This document shows, in pieces, positions 36,488-45,528 of a stretch of 64,000 nucleotides of DNA. Location of the stretch: NCBI GenBank assembly GCA_025355955.1, contig JANXYP010000016.1, positions 73 to 64,072 of the forward strand, read 5' to 3'. The DNA comes from Chloroflexota bacterium (GTDB lineage: Bacteria; Chloroflexota; Chloroflexia; QHBQ01). The notes beneath the pieces were generated by a model. It was given only the letters and a program-made list of their open reading frames with translations. It was not told the DNA's origin and ran no database searches. The translations under genes were made by a program, and so were the position numbers. Within the stretch, counting starts at the first letter, position 1; each line of letters starts with the position of its first letter.

Positions 36488-38221
36488 TTACGCTTGAGCG
36501 GGGCGAATATCCTTCACGTTCATCTGGATAGTGAAGGAGCCGTTCCACTCGTTCTTCTCCACCTGGTAGATCACATCAATCAGCGGCTTTGTTTCGAGGA
36601 AGGGTAGCCACTCAGCCCGCCGCCAGGCCACGGCCTGGGCATGGCCCAGCCGCACTGGATCGTTCAGATTGATACGTAGGTGCTGACGATCCTTGCCCAT
36701 CAGCTTGGTATCGGCCACTCGCACGTGGCGGGCGATGAACGTGGGCGCGGGGTTGCCCATGCCGTAGGGGGCTAGCCATTCCAGCGCCTGCAGCAGCGTG
36801 GGGGTAAGGCGGTCAATCGGCACTTCCGCATCAATGCGTAGCTCGGAGTGGAAGTCTTCCCCGCTCAATTTGGTGGCGGCGATTGCCCGTAGCGCGTTGC
36901 CCAATTCGCCCAGTCGGGCGGTCTCTACGCTGAAGCCAGCGGCAGCGGCGTGGCCGCCAAAGCGGGACAGCAGATGGCTCACCTCGGTCAGCGCGGCGGT
37001 GACGTTGAAGGCAGAGATGCTGCGGGCGCTGCCCTTCGACATCGGCTCACCCTCCTCGATGATCAACACTGGGCGGTGAAACTCCTCCAGTAGCCGCGCC
37101 GCCGCTAGCCCTACCACGCCCGCGTTCCAGTCGCGGCTATGCAGCAGGATAAGCGGGGTATCCTCGGGCAGGGCGGCGGCCCGCGTCATCGCGTCGGCGA
37201 CGATCGCGCTGGTAAGCTGCTGCCGTTCGCGGTTGCGTAGCTCCAGATCGCCCGCCAGCCGGGTACTTTCCAGCATATCCTCGCACATCAGCAGCTTGTA
37301 GCTCGCCATCGCGCTCTCCAGCCGTCCGGCGGCGTTGAGGCGTGGCGCGATGATAAAGCCAATCGTACCCGCGTCCACATTGTCGCGGTTGGTGCGGGCC
37401 ACGCTGTAGAGCGCCTGCAAACCGGGCGAACGGGTGGAGCGCAGGCTGCGTAGGCCGTGCTGCACCAGGATACGATTGTCGCCGTGCAGGGGAGCCATGT
37501 CGGCGACTGTGCCAATCGCCACCAGCTCGATCAGGTCGCGGGGCTGCACCCCTTGCATGGTCAGACCACGTTTAGATAGCGCCCGCACGATCTGGTAGGC
37601 GATGCCCACGCCGGTCAGTTCGAGGAACGGGTAAGTATTGTCGGGGCGACGGGCAGAGATGAGCGCGTAGGCGGGGGGCAGTTCGCGGGGGGCGCGGTGG
37701 TGGTCGGTGATGATTACATCCATATCGTAGCGTTGCATCGCCTCGCCGACTTCCTTCAGGTTGCTGATGCCGCAGTCTACAGTGATGATCAGGCCAACCC
37801 CGCGCTCGGCCAGTTTACCAATCGCGTCAAGGTTCATGCCATAGCCTTCAAGAGTGCGATGGGGGATGTAGGGTTCGACGATTGCGCCCATCGCCGTCAA
37901 CGCCCGCACCAGCACGGCGGTGGCGGTTATACCGTCAGCGTCATAGTCACCGTAGATGGCGATGCGCTCACCGCTGCTCACTGCATCAATGATGCGGACG
38001 GTCGCCTTGTCCATATCAAGGAACATGAAGGGATCGTTGAGGGCTGCGCCATCAAGGCTGAGGAAAGCGGCAGCGGCATCAGCAGTAATGATTTTGCGAT
38101 TGTAGAGCATCTGCACCAGCAGCGGGGCGTATGGCAAATCGCCCAGGGCGCAGATTAGTTCGGCGGCAACTTCAGGCGGCGCTTCGGGCAGCAGGTGCCA
38201 GCGTTTGGTGGCGGAGCGCAT
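36488..38221 (-). CDS. recJ: Single-stranded-DNA-specific exonuclease RecJ
   Basis: 577 aa with DHH motifs (IAIYGDYDADGITA, IITVDCG, IITDHH) and a DHHA1 region. Confidence 0.9.
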   Translation of the reverse strand: MRSATKRWHLLPEAPPEVAAELICALGDLPYAPLLVQMLYNRKIITADAAAAFLSLDGAALNDPFMFLDMDKATVRIIDAVSSGERIAIYGDYDADGITATAVLVRALTAMGAIVEPYIPHRTLEGYGMNLDAIGKLAERGVGLIITVDCGISNLKEVGEAMQRYDMDVIITDHHRAPRELPPAYALISARRPDNTYPFLELTGVGIAYQIVRALSKRGLTMQGVQPRDLIELVAIGTVADMAPLHGDNRILVQHGLRSLRSTRSPGLQALYSVARTNRDNVDAGTIGFIIAPRLNAAGRLESAMASYKLLMCEDMLESTRLAGDLELRNRERQQLTSAIVADAMTRAAALPEDTPLILLHSRDWNAGVVGLAAARLLEEFHRPVLIIEEGEPMSKGSARSISAFNVTAALTEVSHLLSRFGGHAAAAGFSVETARLGELGNALRAIAATKLSGEDFHSELRIDAEVPIDRLTPTLLQALEWLAPYGMGNPAPTFIARHVRVADTKLMGKDRQHLRINLNDPVRLGHAQAVAWRRAEWLPFLETKPLIDVIYQVEKNEWNGSFTIQMNVKDIRPAQA

Positions 38222-38223
38222 CG

Positions 38224-41061
38224 CTAAACCTCGCCCAGGAAGTGCGCGTTGGGGGCAATGTCCATGGCCCAGTCGGAGGTGTCGGCGCGGTCGCGGGCTG
38301 CGCCCTGGGCATGGTAATAGCGATAATAGGCGGCTGCGCCGATCATGGCGGCATTATCAGTGCAGAGCGCCATTGGGGGGTAGATCAGCGGCACTTTGAG
38401 CCGCTCACCCATCATCTCGCGCAGCAGGCGATTGGCGGCCACGCCACCTGCTAGCACCACCATCCGTGCGCCATACTGCTCGGCTGCTGCTGCTGTCTTT
38501 TCCACCAGCACCTCGACCACCGCCAGTTGGAAGGCGGCGGCAATCAAAGCCACCGGCGCATGACCTTTCTTGTCAGAGCCAGCACCAGCACCAACACTGC
38601 CGCGTACCCCCGGTGAGCGGGGCGCGTCTGCACCTAGCGAACGGTTGCGGCGGGAACGGTCATCATCGCCCGGCTCGTCCTCATCGTCGGCGGCGCTACC
38701 GACGCGGCTGCGAGGCGTATCGTCTTCCTCATTGTCAATATAGTCGCGCTCGTCGCGGTCATCGTCATCCGCGCTGCTGCCTTTCGGCACGGGTATTATC
38801 TCGCGCTGGGCAAGGGGTGCGCTGCGCTGAGGCAATTGGCCGGGGCGGGTATAGGTGCCGCGCTGCGACTGCGAGGGCGGCAGAGGGCGGGGCCGATTCA
38901 ACGGTGGTGGGGCGCTGGATGTTGCCGACGGTTGCTGGGCTGGCGACTGAACAGGCCGCTGCTGGGCGGGCGGTTGCTGGGTGGTACGCGACTGGGCGGG
39001 CGGTTGCTGGGTCGGTCGCTGCGATGCGGGCGGTTGCTGGGTCGGTCGCTGCGGTGCGGGCTGGTTGGGCCGTTGCTGCGGCGGTTGCTGGGTGGGGCGT
39101 TGTGGTGCCGGTTCGCTGCCCAGCACCGTGCTGCGGGGATAGATGTTGCCGCCACTCTGCGGTGCTGGTGGTTGTACCACTGGCTGGCCGGGCCGTTGCT
39201 GGGCTGGTGGATTAGGCTGAGGAGTAGGCGGTTGTGGCTGTGAACGCTGGTCAGTGGTGGGCGGATGCATAGCTCGACCCTGCGGCGATAGTGTGCGCGG
39301 CAGCGATTGTTCGTCCTCGTCCTCGTCCTCATCGTCTGCCTGTGGCGCGGTGCGGGGGTCGGGCGTAGGTACAGTGCGGAGTGGGCGGCGCTCCAGGCCG
39401 GGGCCAGTTACTGCCCCCGGTGGCGCAGGCTGCGGTGAACTGGCCGCAGTGGTGGTGGGCTGGTGCGGTGGATTAGCAGTGGCTGCTGGGGTAGCGATCT
39501 CCACCCCATCCTCATCGTCGAACATCGAATAAATAGCGCGGGGGCGCGGCGCGGCCTGGCGCAAGGGGCGACGCTCCAACGCGGGACTAATGGGGGTGGC
39601 GCTTACTGGCGGTTGCACATTGCCATTTTCGTTCTCGTCCCCCTCGTCGTCGTCATCATCACCCTCTTCATCATCATCAGCGGTTTCGTTGGCATCGCGT
39701 ACGAACAGGCTGGCGAGGCGGTCACGCGGCGGTTGTGGGCCGAGGCGGAAGCTCGGCTCCGGCGCGACTTCATCCCCATCATCGTCGGCTTCGACCGCTG
39801 GCGCAGGTGGCAGCGTTGTGGCGCGAGGTGGATTGGCCGGTCGCACTGGCTGGGCAGGCGCGATGCTGGGAGCGGGTGGTACGATGGTGCGGGCGGGAGG
39901 AGTTGGTGGATCGGCCGGTTGCGTTGCAAGTTCTGCGGGTCGAGTCAGGCGGGCAGGCGGTTGGAAGCCACGCGCTTGCGGTTGGCGCGTAGGTTGGTCG
40001 GCGGGGGCAGGCATCGCCAGCGGTTCGCTCACCATTGCAGTAGGCGACTGGCCGGGGCGCACACTGTTGCTATCGCTGGTGGCCTCGCGCCCGGCGGCAT
40101 CGCTACGCTGCTGCGCGGCCTCGACCTCGGCGAATGGGCGCGGCTTATCTACCACTGGCAACCCGCCATACTCGTCAATCTTACGCATCACCGCCGTCTT
40201 CAGCCCGCTGAAGCTGAAGTCGTAGGTGCCGCGCAGCCAGGCGCGAGGCAGGTCAATCTTGCGCGGGTCGACGGGTTCGGCATCGACCAGCTTCTGAATC
40301 GCCGGGCCGCCAGGGTAGCCGAGGCCGAGGATGCGTCCCACCTTGTCGAACGCCTCACCCGCCGCATCATCAATCGTCTTGCCCAGCAGTTCGTACAGCC
40401 CATGCCCGCGCATCAGGATCAGTTCGGTATGCCCGCCCGACACCACCAGAGCAACAATGGGGAACTGCGGTTCTGGTGGTATAGCGACTCCCTCCCCGAT
40501 CTTAGGGGAGGGTTGGGGAGGGGGCGCGGGTTTTGGCACAGGCTCACCCACTGGACGATAGACCGGCGCGGATTGCTCGTAAGCGGCGCGGTACTGGCGG
40601 CTGGACGGCTCCTCGCTATTTATGTCCGACTCCTCAGCGTCGGCGCTGGTGGGCAATTCGGCAACGACCGGCTTGGGCTTGGCAGCGCTATTGGGGATGA
40701 GCCAGTTAGCGTAGATATGGCCCTCGAGGTGGTTGACTGGCAGCAGCGGCTTGCCCAGGGCAAACGCCAGCCCTTTCGCCACGTTGACCCCCACCAGCAA
40801 CGCGCCCGCCAGCCCTGGTCCGTTAGTCACGGCGATGGCATCAATATCGCGCCAGGTGAGGCTCGCTTCCTTCAGCGCAGCTTCCAGGGTTGGCACGATG
40901 TAGAGGATGTGCTGGCGGCTGGCAAGCTCAGGCACGACTCCACCCCAACGCTTGTGCAGCTCGATCTGCGAAGCGACCACGTTGGTGAGGATGCGGCGGC
41001 CATCCTGGATGATTGCCGCCGAGGTTTCGTCACATGAAGTTTCAAAGGCGAGGATGTTCAT
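38224..41061 (-). CDS. tsaD: tRNA N6-adenosine threonylcarbamoyltransferase TsaD interrupted by two large low-complexity insertions (945 aa)
   Basis: The N-terminal part reads [50 protein letters not shown]. The C-terminal part reads [13 protein letters not shown]...CTDNAAMIG. It is one continuous ORF. The inserts cover about residues 124-198 and 300-833. Confidence 0.88.
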   Translation of the reverse strand: MNILAFETSCDETSAAIIQDGRRILTNVVASQIELHKRWGGVVPELASRQHILYIVPTLEAALKEASLTWRDIDAIAVTNGPGLAGALLVGVNVAKGLAFALGKPLLPVNHLEGHIYANWLIPNSAAKPKPVVAELPTSADAEESDINSEEPSSRQYRAAYEQSAPVYRPVGEPVPKPAPPPQPSPKIGEGVAIPPEPQFPIVALVVSGGHTELILMRGHGLYELLGKTIDDAAGEAFDKVGRILGLGYPGGPAIQKLVDAEPVDPRKIDLPRAWLRGTYDFSFSGLKTAVMRKIDEYGGLPVVDKPRPFAEVEAAQQRSDAAGREATSDSNSVRPGQSPTAMVSEPLAMPAPADQPTRQPQARGFQPPARLTRPAELATQPADPPTPPARTIVPPAPSIAPAQPVRPANPPRATTLPPAPAVEADDDGDEVAPEPSFRLGPQPPRDRLASLFVRDANETADDDEEGDDDDDEGDENENGNVQPPVSATPISPALERRPLRQAAPRPRAIYSMFDDEDGVEIATPAATANPPHQPTTTAASSPQPAPPGAVTGPGLERRPLRTVPTPDPRTAPQADDEDEDEDEQSLPRTLSPQGRAMHPPTTDQRSQPQPPTPQPNPPAQQRPGQPVVQPPAPQSGGNIYPRSTVLGSEPAPQRPTQQPPQQRPNQPAPQRPTQQPPASQRPTQQPPAQSRTTQQPPAQQRPVQSPAQQPSATSSAPPPLNRPRPLPPSQSQRGTYTRPGQLPQRSAPLAQREIIPVPKGSSADDDDRDERDYIDNEEDDTPRSRVGSAADDEDEPGDDDRSRRNRSLGADAPRSPGVRGSVGAGAGSDKKGHAPVALIAAAFQLAVVEVLVEKTAAAAEQYGARMVVLAGGVAANRLLREMMGERLKVPLIYPPMALCTDNAAMIGAAAYYRYYHAQGAARDRADTSDWAMDIAPNAHFLGEV

Positions 41062-41069
41062 AGTTTTCT

Positions 41070-41738
41070 CTAGTTGATGTATCCCAACTTGACCAGAGCG
41101 CTTCGCAAATCCGCCTCGAAACGCTGGAAGGATGGTACCTGATGAAGCAGTTGTAAGTTAATGCTTTGGCCGATTATGCCCAGAAAATCCGTTCCGCGTT
41201 GGCGCTCACCTCGTCGCCTAACGACACGTTCACCAAGGACTCTTTGATAGGCGTTCTCCAGTAGTGCTTTAGGGTCAGTCTTTGTTTCCACCAAGCGTGG
41301 CCTGGCGGGAATACCCATCTCGACATTGCTCTTGTTGGTTTGAAATACGTTTCTCAACGTTTCACCATCCACCAATGCCCAGGCTTCCATCTCTCTTACC
41401 GGAATGATGCCAACTACTGGGCAGCCAATAGAAGCAGTTACCAGCTCTGTCACTGGCTCAATATGGTTTTGCTGTGCCGCTTCCCAGCTTCCCCCTGCAT
41501 CTGCATGGATTAATAGAATGTCGAACCAACCTTCATATGGTCGTGTGGCATACAGGATGCGTTGCCTTTCGCTGCTGGCACTCTCTTTTTCAGGATAAAG
41601 CTCGATTATTTCTTCGACATCAATCTCACCACTATTGCCGGTGCAGATTGCTTGGGCAGTGCGTCGTATCAGGCTGAGGAAGAAGCGATAGTCGGAACGG
41701 CCCTCACCATAGAAGGCTAGCTTAAGCTGCCTAGTCAT
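41070..41738 (-). CDS. TOPRIM-like small protein (DUF4276-like), putative nuclease partner of the upstream ABC ATPase
   Basis: The ATG at 41738 (9 nt after GGGAGG) overlaps the ATPase stop in ATGACTAG. Motifs are [14 protein letters not shown] (Glu-Gly strand), LLIHADAGG (acidic cluster) and [12 protein letters not shown]. The DUF4276 assignment is from memory. Confidence 0.6.
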   Translation of the reverse strand: MTRQLKLAFYGEGRSDYRFFLSLIRRTAQAICTGNSGEIDVEEIIELYPEKESASSERQRILYATRPYEGWFDILLIHADAGGSWEAAQQNHIEPVTELVTASIGCPVVGIIPVREMEAWALVDGETLRNVFQTNKSNVEMGIPARPRLVETKTDPKALLENAYQRVLGERVVRRRGERQRGTDFLGIIGQSINLQLLHQVPSFQRFEADLRSALVKLGYIN

Positions 41739-43119
41739 GTACAACTACCTCCCAGTCAATGGTTGAGAGATAGCGGTTGACTTGATATTTGCTGGTGAAC
41801 TGACTTCTTGTCCCAAAGCCAACCGGCAACTTGGGCAGCACACGTCTTGCGATCGTTTTGCGGCTGGATGCGCTGACTAGAGGCCTGACAGACATTGCCA
41901 TCTCGGTAAAGATGGTCTCCCCTTCCTCTACGCTAATGCTTGACAGAACCACAGGCGAATGGCTGGTAAGCAACATCTGCAAAAGATTCTGTTCATAAAT
42001 GTTTTCGTCAGCTACATTAGTGACGAGTTCGCGCAACCTGCTCACTAGCTGCTTAAGGCGTAGTGGGTTAATGCCGTTCTCTGGCTCCTCCAGACAAATC
42101 AAGCCCTGCTGATCGGGGTCGTAGAGCATTGCTAGTACCGCCATAGTGCGTAGCGTCCCGTCCGATGCAGTAGCGCAATCCATAAACGCTCCGCCGTTCG
42201 CCCGCACTTTGATATAATAGCGGTTGCCTTGGTCAAGTTCAACCTCGAAATCTTCAATCCCTGGAATCAAATCGGCTAGATCGGTGGCAATATCGTTGAG
42301 CACACCGCGGGGATAATCAGAAGTCGCGGTTATCGCTTGTATTCTCGCCAACGCGCTTGCCAGGTTAGATCCATCATTGCCGATCTCGCGGCTAGTTGCT
42401 GGACTTGGTTCGCGCAAGGCTCTGGGATTGAGTTGGAGGAAGCGATAGGCAGCTAGTTCTTGGCGCAAGGCATAGAGATGCGGTAGTTCGCTACTCTTAA
42501 TGCTCGCCAGCATTGGTGCTTCGGCGTATTTCTGTTGGCGGCGCACCTCTTGTTCTTGCCTACCATCAGGGTACATAACAAAGGCTATACTATCTCCCTG
42601 ATATCCGCTAATACTAGTGAGTAGGGGTCTACTACAGTTATATTTAACATAGCGTTCTCTGAATTGCTCGGAGGAAGGGTTAAGCTCTCGAATCCAAATA
42701 TCCTCTTGCTCTATGATGGGTCGTACTTCCTCTTTGGTTACAACTATGATACGCTCACCACGCTCGTTGACCAGACGCTGGATATTCAGCTCATAGCGAA
42801 GACGAGTACATTCTAGGGTGATTTGTTCGCCCAGACTCCCAGTCACGTTGGGGTCTAGTAGCACTTCGACGGCGAAAAACATCTGATCGCCACTCCGTCC
42901 ATCTGCGTATCTGGTGAACAACTCGTCAGGTGCGCCGCGAATGGCGCTGAAGGCAGCGCTGAGATTGTCGCTGGTAACTGCCCGGCTCACTGCCTGAACA
43001 GCATCCAGAATATTCGACTTACCCGATGCGTTTGGCCCCAGGATAACTGTAAAAGGACCGAGGTCCAGACTGAAGTTTTCAAAGCTCTTAAACCCGCTAA
43101 TCTCAATTCGGGTTAGCAT
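41731..43119 (-). CDS. SMC/RecF/OLD-type ABC ATPase (AAA_15/AAA_21-like)
   Basis: 462 aa with the N-terminus MLTRIEISGFKSF, Walker A GPNASGKSN, signature-like ASDGTLRTMAVLAML, Walker B LICLEEPENGINP and H-loop LLTSHSP. Composition is lower-GC. Confidence 0.8.
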   Translation of the reverse strand: MLTRIEISGFKSFENFSLDLGPFTVILGPNASGKSNILDAVQAVSRAVTSDNLSAAFSAIRGAPDELFTRYADGRSGDQMFFAVEVLLDPNVTGSLGEQITLECTRLRYELNIQRLVNERGERIIVVTKEEVRPIIEQEDIWIRELNPSSEQFRERYVKYNCSRPLLTSISGYQGDSIAFVMYPDGRQEQEVRRQQKYAEAPMLASIKSSELPHLYALRQELAAYRFLQLNPRALREPSPATSREIGNDGSNLASALARIQAITATSDYPRGVLNDIATDLADLIPGIEDFEVELDQGNRYYIKVRANGGAFMDCATASDGTLRTMAVLAMLYDPDQQGLICLEEPENGINPLRLKQLVSRLRELVTNVADENIYEQNLLQMLLTSHSPVVLSSISVEEGETIFTEMAMSVRPLVSASSRKTIARRVLPKLPVGFGTRSQFTSKYQVNRYLSTIDWEVVVHD

Positions 43120-43128
43120 CTTGTCCCC

Positions 43129-43842
43129 CTAATGTTCCTCAGCAAGCTGGCTGGGTGCGGGATTAGCGGCGCGGGCGGGTGCTCCCTTCTGCTGCGCTTT
43201 GGCGGCCATACGCTGCTCTAGTTCGGCCCGCAAGCGGGTAAGACGGCGCTGAAACTCGTCGCTTTGTAGCGGCTCCGACCACATGATGAAGGCATCCTCG
43301 CCGTTATCGCTATAGTAGCGGCGGCGGCGACCTGCCTCCTTCAATCCGTACTTGCGGTAGAGCGCTTGCGCTACTGTGTTCGAGACCCGCACTTCGAGGG
43401 TCAGCCAGATGGCCTTCATCTCCAACGCCTGGTCAATCATCGATAGGAACAGCAGTTCACCCACGCTTTGCCCCTGATGGCTGGGCATAACTGCTATGGT
43501 GGTAACGTGTGCCTCATCCACCATCAGCCACAGGCCAGCGTAGCCGACGATCGGGTAGGGGTTGGCCGCGCCCGCGCCTGGTTTGTCGCTAGCGAGGAAG
43601 GGGAGCAGCCGCGTTAGCCAACTGCGTTCACTCTGCCGCAGGCTCTTGCTGCCGTTGGCCTGGGCCAGCTTGGCCTTGATCGGGTCATCCACCCAGCGAG
43701 CCACCACGTAGCGGTTGGTGTTGGGGGTACGCAGTTCGCGACGATACGCGCTGGTCGGCCACGGCAGGCTGAAGCACTGCCGCTCGATGCCTGCCACTGC
43801 GTCAATATCGTCGTAATCCATCGGCTCAATGATGTATGGCAA
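43129..43842 (-). CDS. rimI: Ribosomal-protein-alanine N-acetyltransferase RimI (GNAT) with a C-terminal extension
   Basis: IERQCFSLPWPTSAYRREL and the acetyl-CoA loop HQGQSVGELLF. The ~60-aa C-terminal tail is predicted helical and charged. Confidence 0.8.
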   Translation of the reverse strand: MPYIIEPMDYDDIDAVAGIERQCFSLPWPTSAYRRELRTPNTNRYVVARWVDDPIKAKLAQANGSKSLRQSERSWLTRLLPFLASDKPGAGAANPYPIVGYAGLWLMVDEAHVTTIAVMPSHQGQSVGELLFLSMIDQALEMKAIWLTLEVRVSNTVAQALYRKYGLKEAGRRRRYYSDNGEDAFIMWSEPLQSDEFQRRLTRLRAELEQRMAAKAQQKGAPARAANPAPSQLAEEH

Positions 43843-43929
43843 TGTTGCTCACCTCGCTTGTCTACATTGACAGCAGGCTGATGGCCTGTATAACTCTCCC
43901 TCCCCATATCTGGATTGGGATGGGGGCGG

Positions 43930-44580
43930 TTAAACCCTCGCGCTGTCCACTGGGTTGGCTTCATCATCCGCCGCAGTGGTTGGCCCGTTGCCGTTGACCC
44001 GCACGGTCGGACGCGGGGTAGCGCGGGCGATGGTGGGATCGGCGACATTGGTGGTGGCGCGCCCACGCACATCTTTGCTGCGCTCCAGGCGGCTGGTGTG
44101 CATCACGTCGGTGGTAGCCCGTCCGCAGTAGGGGCAGGCTTGCCAGCGCAGATTGACGGGCCGGTGGCAGCTATCGCACTCACGGCGCAGGCGGGTGCGA
44201 CAGTTGGGGCAGTACATATAGTCGCCGTGTACCTTGTGCTTGCAGGTGGGGCAGACTTCGTTCTCCTCGATGTCCTGCAAGAGATATTCCTCCTCCAGTG
44301 AACGCTCGTATGACTCGGCCAGCGTCTCCTTGGGCCGCAGGATAATGTACAGCGGCCATCCGATAAACGGCGGGATTGCCAGCAGCATCGAAGCGCCAAC
44401 CGCGATTACGTCGCGGGTGCGCGAGGTGATATCGCGGAAGGTCCAAACCAGCAGGCTGAACCAGAAGGCAACCAGGTATGCACCCATGACCGCGAGGATA
44501 ATGGCGATGAGCTTCAGCCAATCAATGCCACCGCTGCTGGGGGGGTCGGTGGTTGTTGCTTGCAAAATAACGTGGATCAA
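43930..44580 (-). CDS. Membrane protein with a double zinc-ribbon domain
   Basis: 216 aa with two N-terminal TM segments, followed by CPTCKHKVHGDYMYCPNCRTRL...CDSCHRPVNLRWQACPYCG. Confidence 0.65.
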   Translation of the reverse strand: MIHVILQATTTDPPSSGGIDWLKLIAIILAVMGAYLVAFWFSLLVWTFRDITSRTRDVIAVGASMLLAIPPFIGWPLYIILRPKETLAESYERSLEEEYLLQDIEENEVCPTCKHKVHGDYMYCPNCRTRLRRECDSCHRPVNLRWQACPYCGRATTDVMHTSRLERSKDVRGRATTNVADPTIARATPRPTVRVNGNGPTTAADDEANPVDSARV

Positions 44581-44665
44581 AATCTATCGCTCCTTATATT
44601 GATGCTGATGTGCTGGGCTGTAGTCATGCTCCCTCCCTGCCTCCCCCTTTGGGGAGGGGTTACAA

Positions 44666-45019
44666 TTAGCCAATCGCTCGCCGCCGACTGGCGAGGTCCT
44701 CATCCTCTTCCCATTGCACCTCGGCGGGGGCGCGGGTTTCGTCTTCCATCTCAAAATCGCCCAGCTCCTCAGGCTTCCAGGCAAATCTTATGCCGCCCTC
44801 CGCATCAACCATCGGCGGACGGGAAAACGCCTTACGCTTCATCATAATCTGATAGTGGTAGCAGCCCTGCCACTCACTGACTGAGAAGCAGATTGATGGT
44901 GGGGCTAGATCCTCCGGATCCTCGTCGCGCTCGTAAGGTACTGCGCCACAAATGCGGATGCTGACCCGCTCACCCTGCACTGTAGTGCGGGTGGCAACTC
45001 CTACAAATGGACAACCCAT
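44666..45019 (-). CDS. Hypothetical acidic protein
   Basis: 117-aa ORF, co-oriented with its neighbours, with no recognisable motif. Confidence 0.45.
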   Translation of the reverse strand: MGCPFVGVATRTTVQGERVSIRICGAVPYERDEDPEDLAPPSICFSVSEWQGCYHYQIMMKRKAFSRPPMVDAEGGIRFAWKPEELGDFEMEDETRAPAEVQWEEDEDLASRRRAIG

Positions 45020-45061
45020 TGTCCGTCTCCCTTCCAGTGGTAACGGCTAATATAATGAGTA

Positions 45062-45391
45062 CTAGATTCGCTCAAACCGCTCAATGTTGACCACAAAGAC
45101 GTTCGCGCCACCCACCTGCACCTCTACCGGCTGGGGCAGGAAAAACTCGCTTGGCTCCATCAAGGTGGGCATCGGGTTGATGTAACGGCTGCGGGTGCGA
45201 CAGGTCTGCGCCAGAAGCTCCAGCAAGGCGGGCAGCCGCTCCTCTTCCACGCCGATCAGCATGGTAGTGTTGCTCTCGCGCAGAAAGCCGCCAGTGCTGG
45301 TGATCACCGTGGCGCTGAACTTCTGCTGCGTCAGCTTACTGAGTGCGGCCTCGACATCCTTACCCTGAATTACGGCAAGCACAAGTTTCAT
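45062..45391 (-). CDS. darA: PII-like cyclic-di-AMP receptor DarA/PstA (YaaQ, DUF970 family)
   Basis: 109 aa. MKLVLAVIQGKDVEAALSKLTQQKFSATVITSTGGFLRESNTTMLIGVEE...VEVQVGGANVFVV aligns closely with B. subtilis YaaQ as I recall it. Confidence 0.8.
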   Translation of the reverse strand: MKLVLAVIQGKDVEAALSKLTQQKFSATVITSTGGFLRESNTTMLIGVEEERLPALLELLAQTCRTRSRYINPMPTLMEPSEFFLPQPVEVQVGGANVFVVNIERFERI

Positions 45392-45476
45392 AGCTCTTAT
45401 TATACCATATCATGGCAACCGTGCGTTCAATTGGTTCAATCGGAATAGGTGGGGTTCAAGGTTATGTGTTCCCCAA

Positions 45477-45504
45477 CCAGGGCGGGCCATCGCCCGCCCC
45501 TACG
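45477..45504. repeat. Solo GC hairpin repeat CCAGGGCGGGCCATCGCCCGCCCCTACG
   Basis: The same motif occurs in the 66-bp tandem units and in the pilD in-frame repeats. Confidence 0.75.
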
Positions 45505-45528
45505 TTTGCAGTACGGTAATATGCGCGT

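Noticed and set aside
38563-40164. Intein or fused foreign domain inside tsaD
   Set aside because: There is no Cys/Ser/Thr at the N-junction, no His-Asn-Cys/Ser/Thr at the C-junction and no endonuclease blocks. The segment is compositionally biased and repetitive, which fits a disordered insertion.
39463-41037. 524-aa plus-strand ORF (and several 85-250-aa ORFs) antisense to tsaD
   Set aside because: This is a shadow ORF typical of GC-rich, repeat-rich coding DNA. Its sequence is Arg/Gly/Ala-rich low complexity with no motifs, whereas the minus strand carries unmistakable TsaD blocks.
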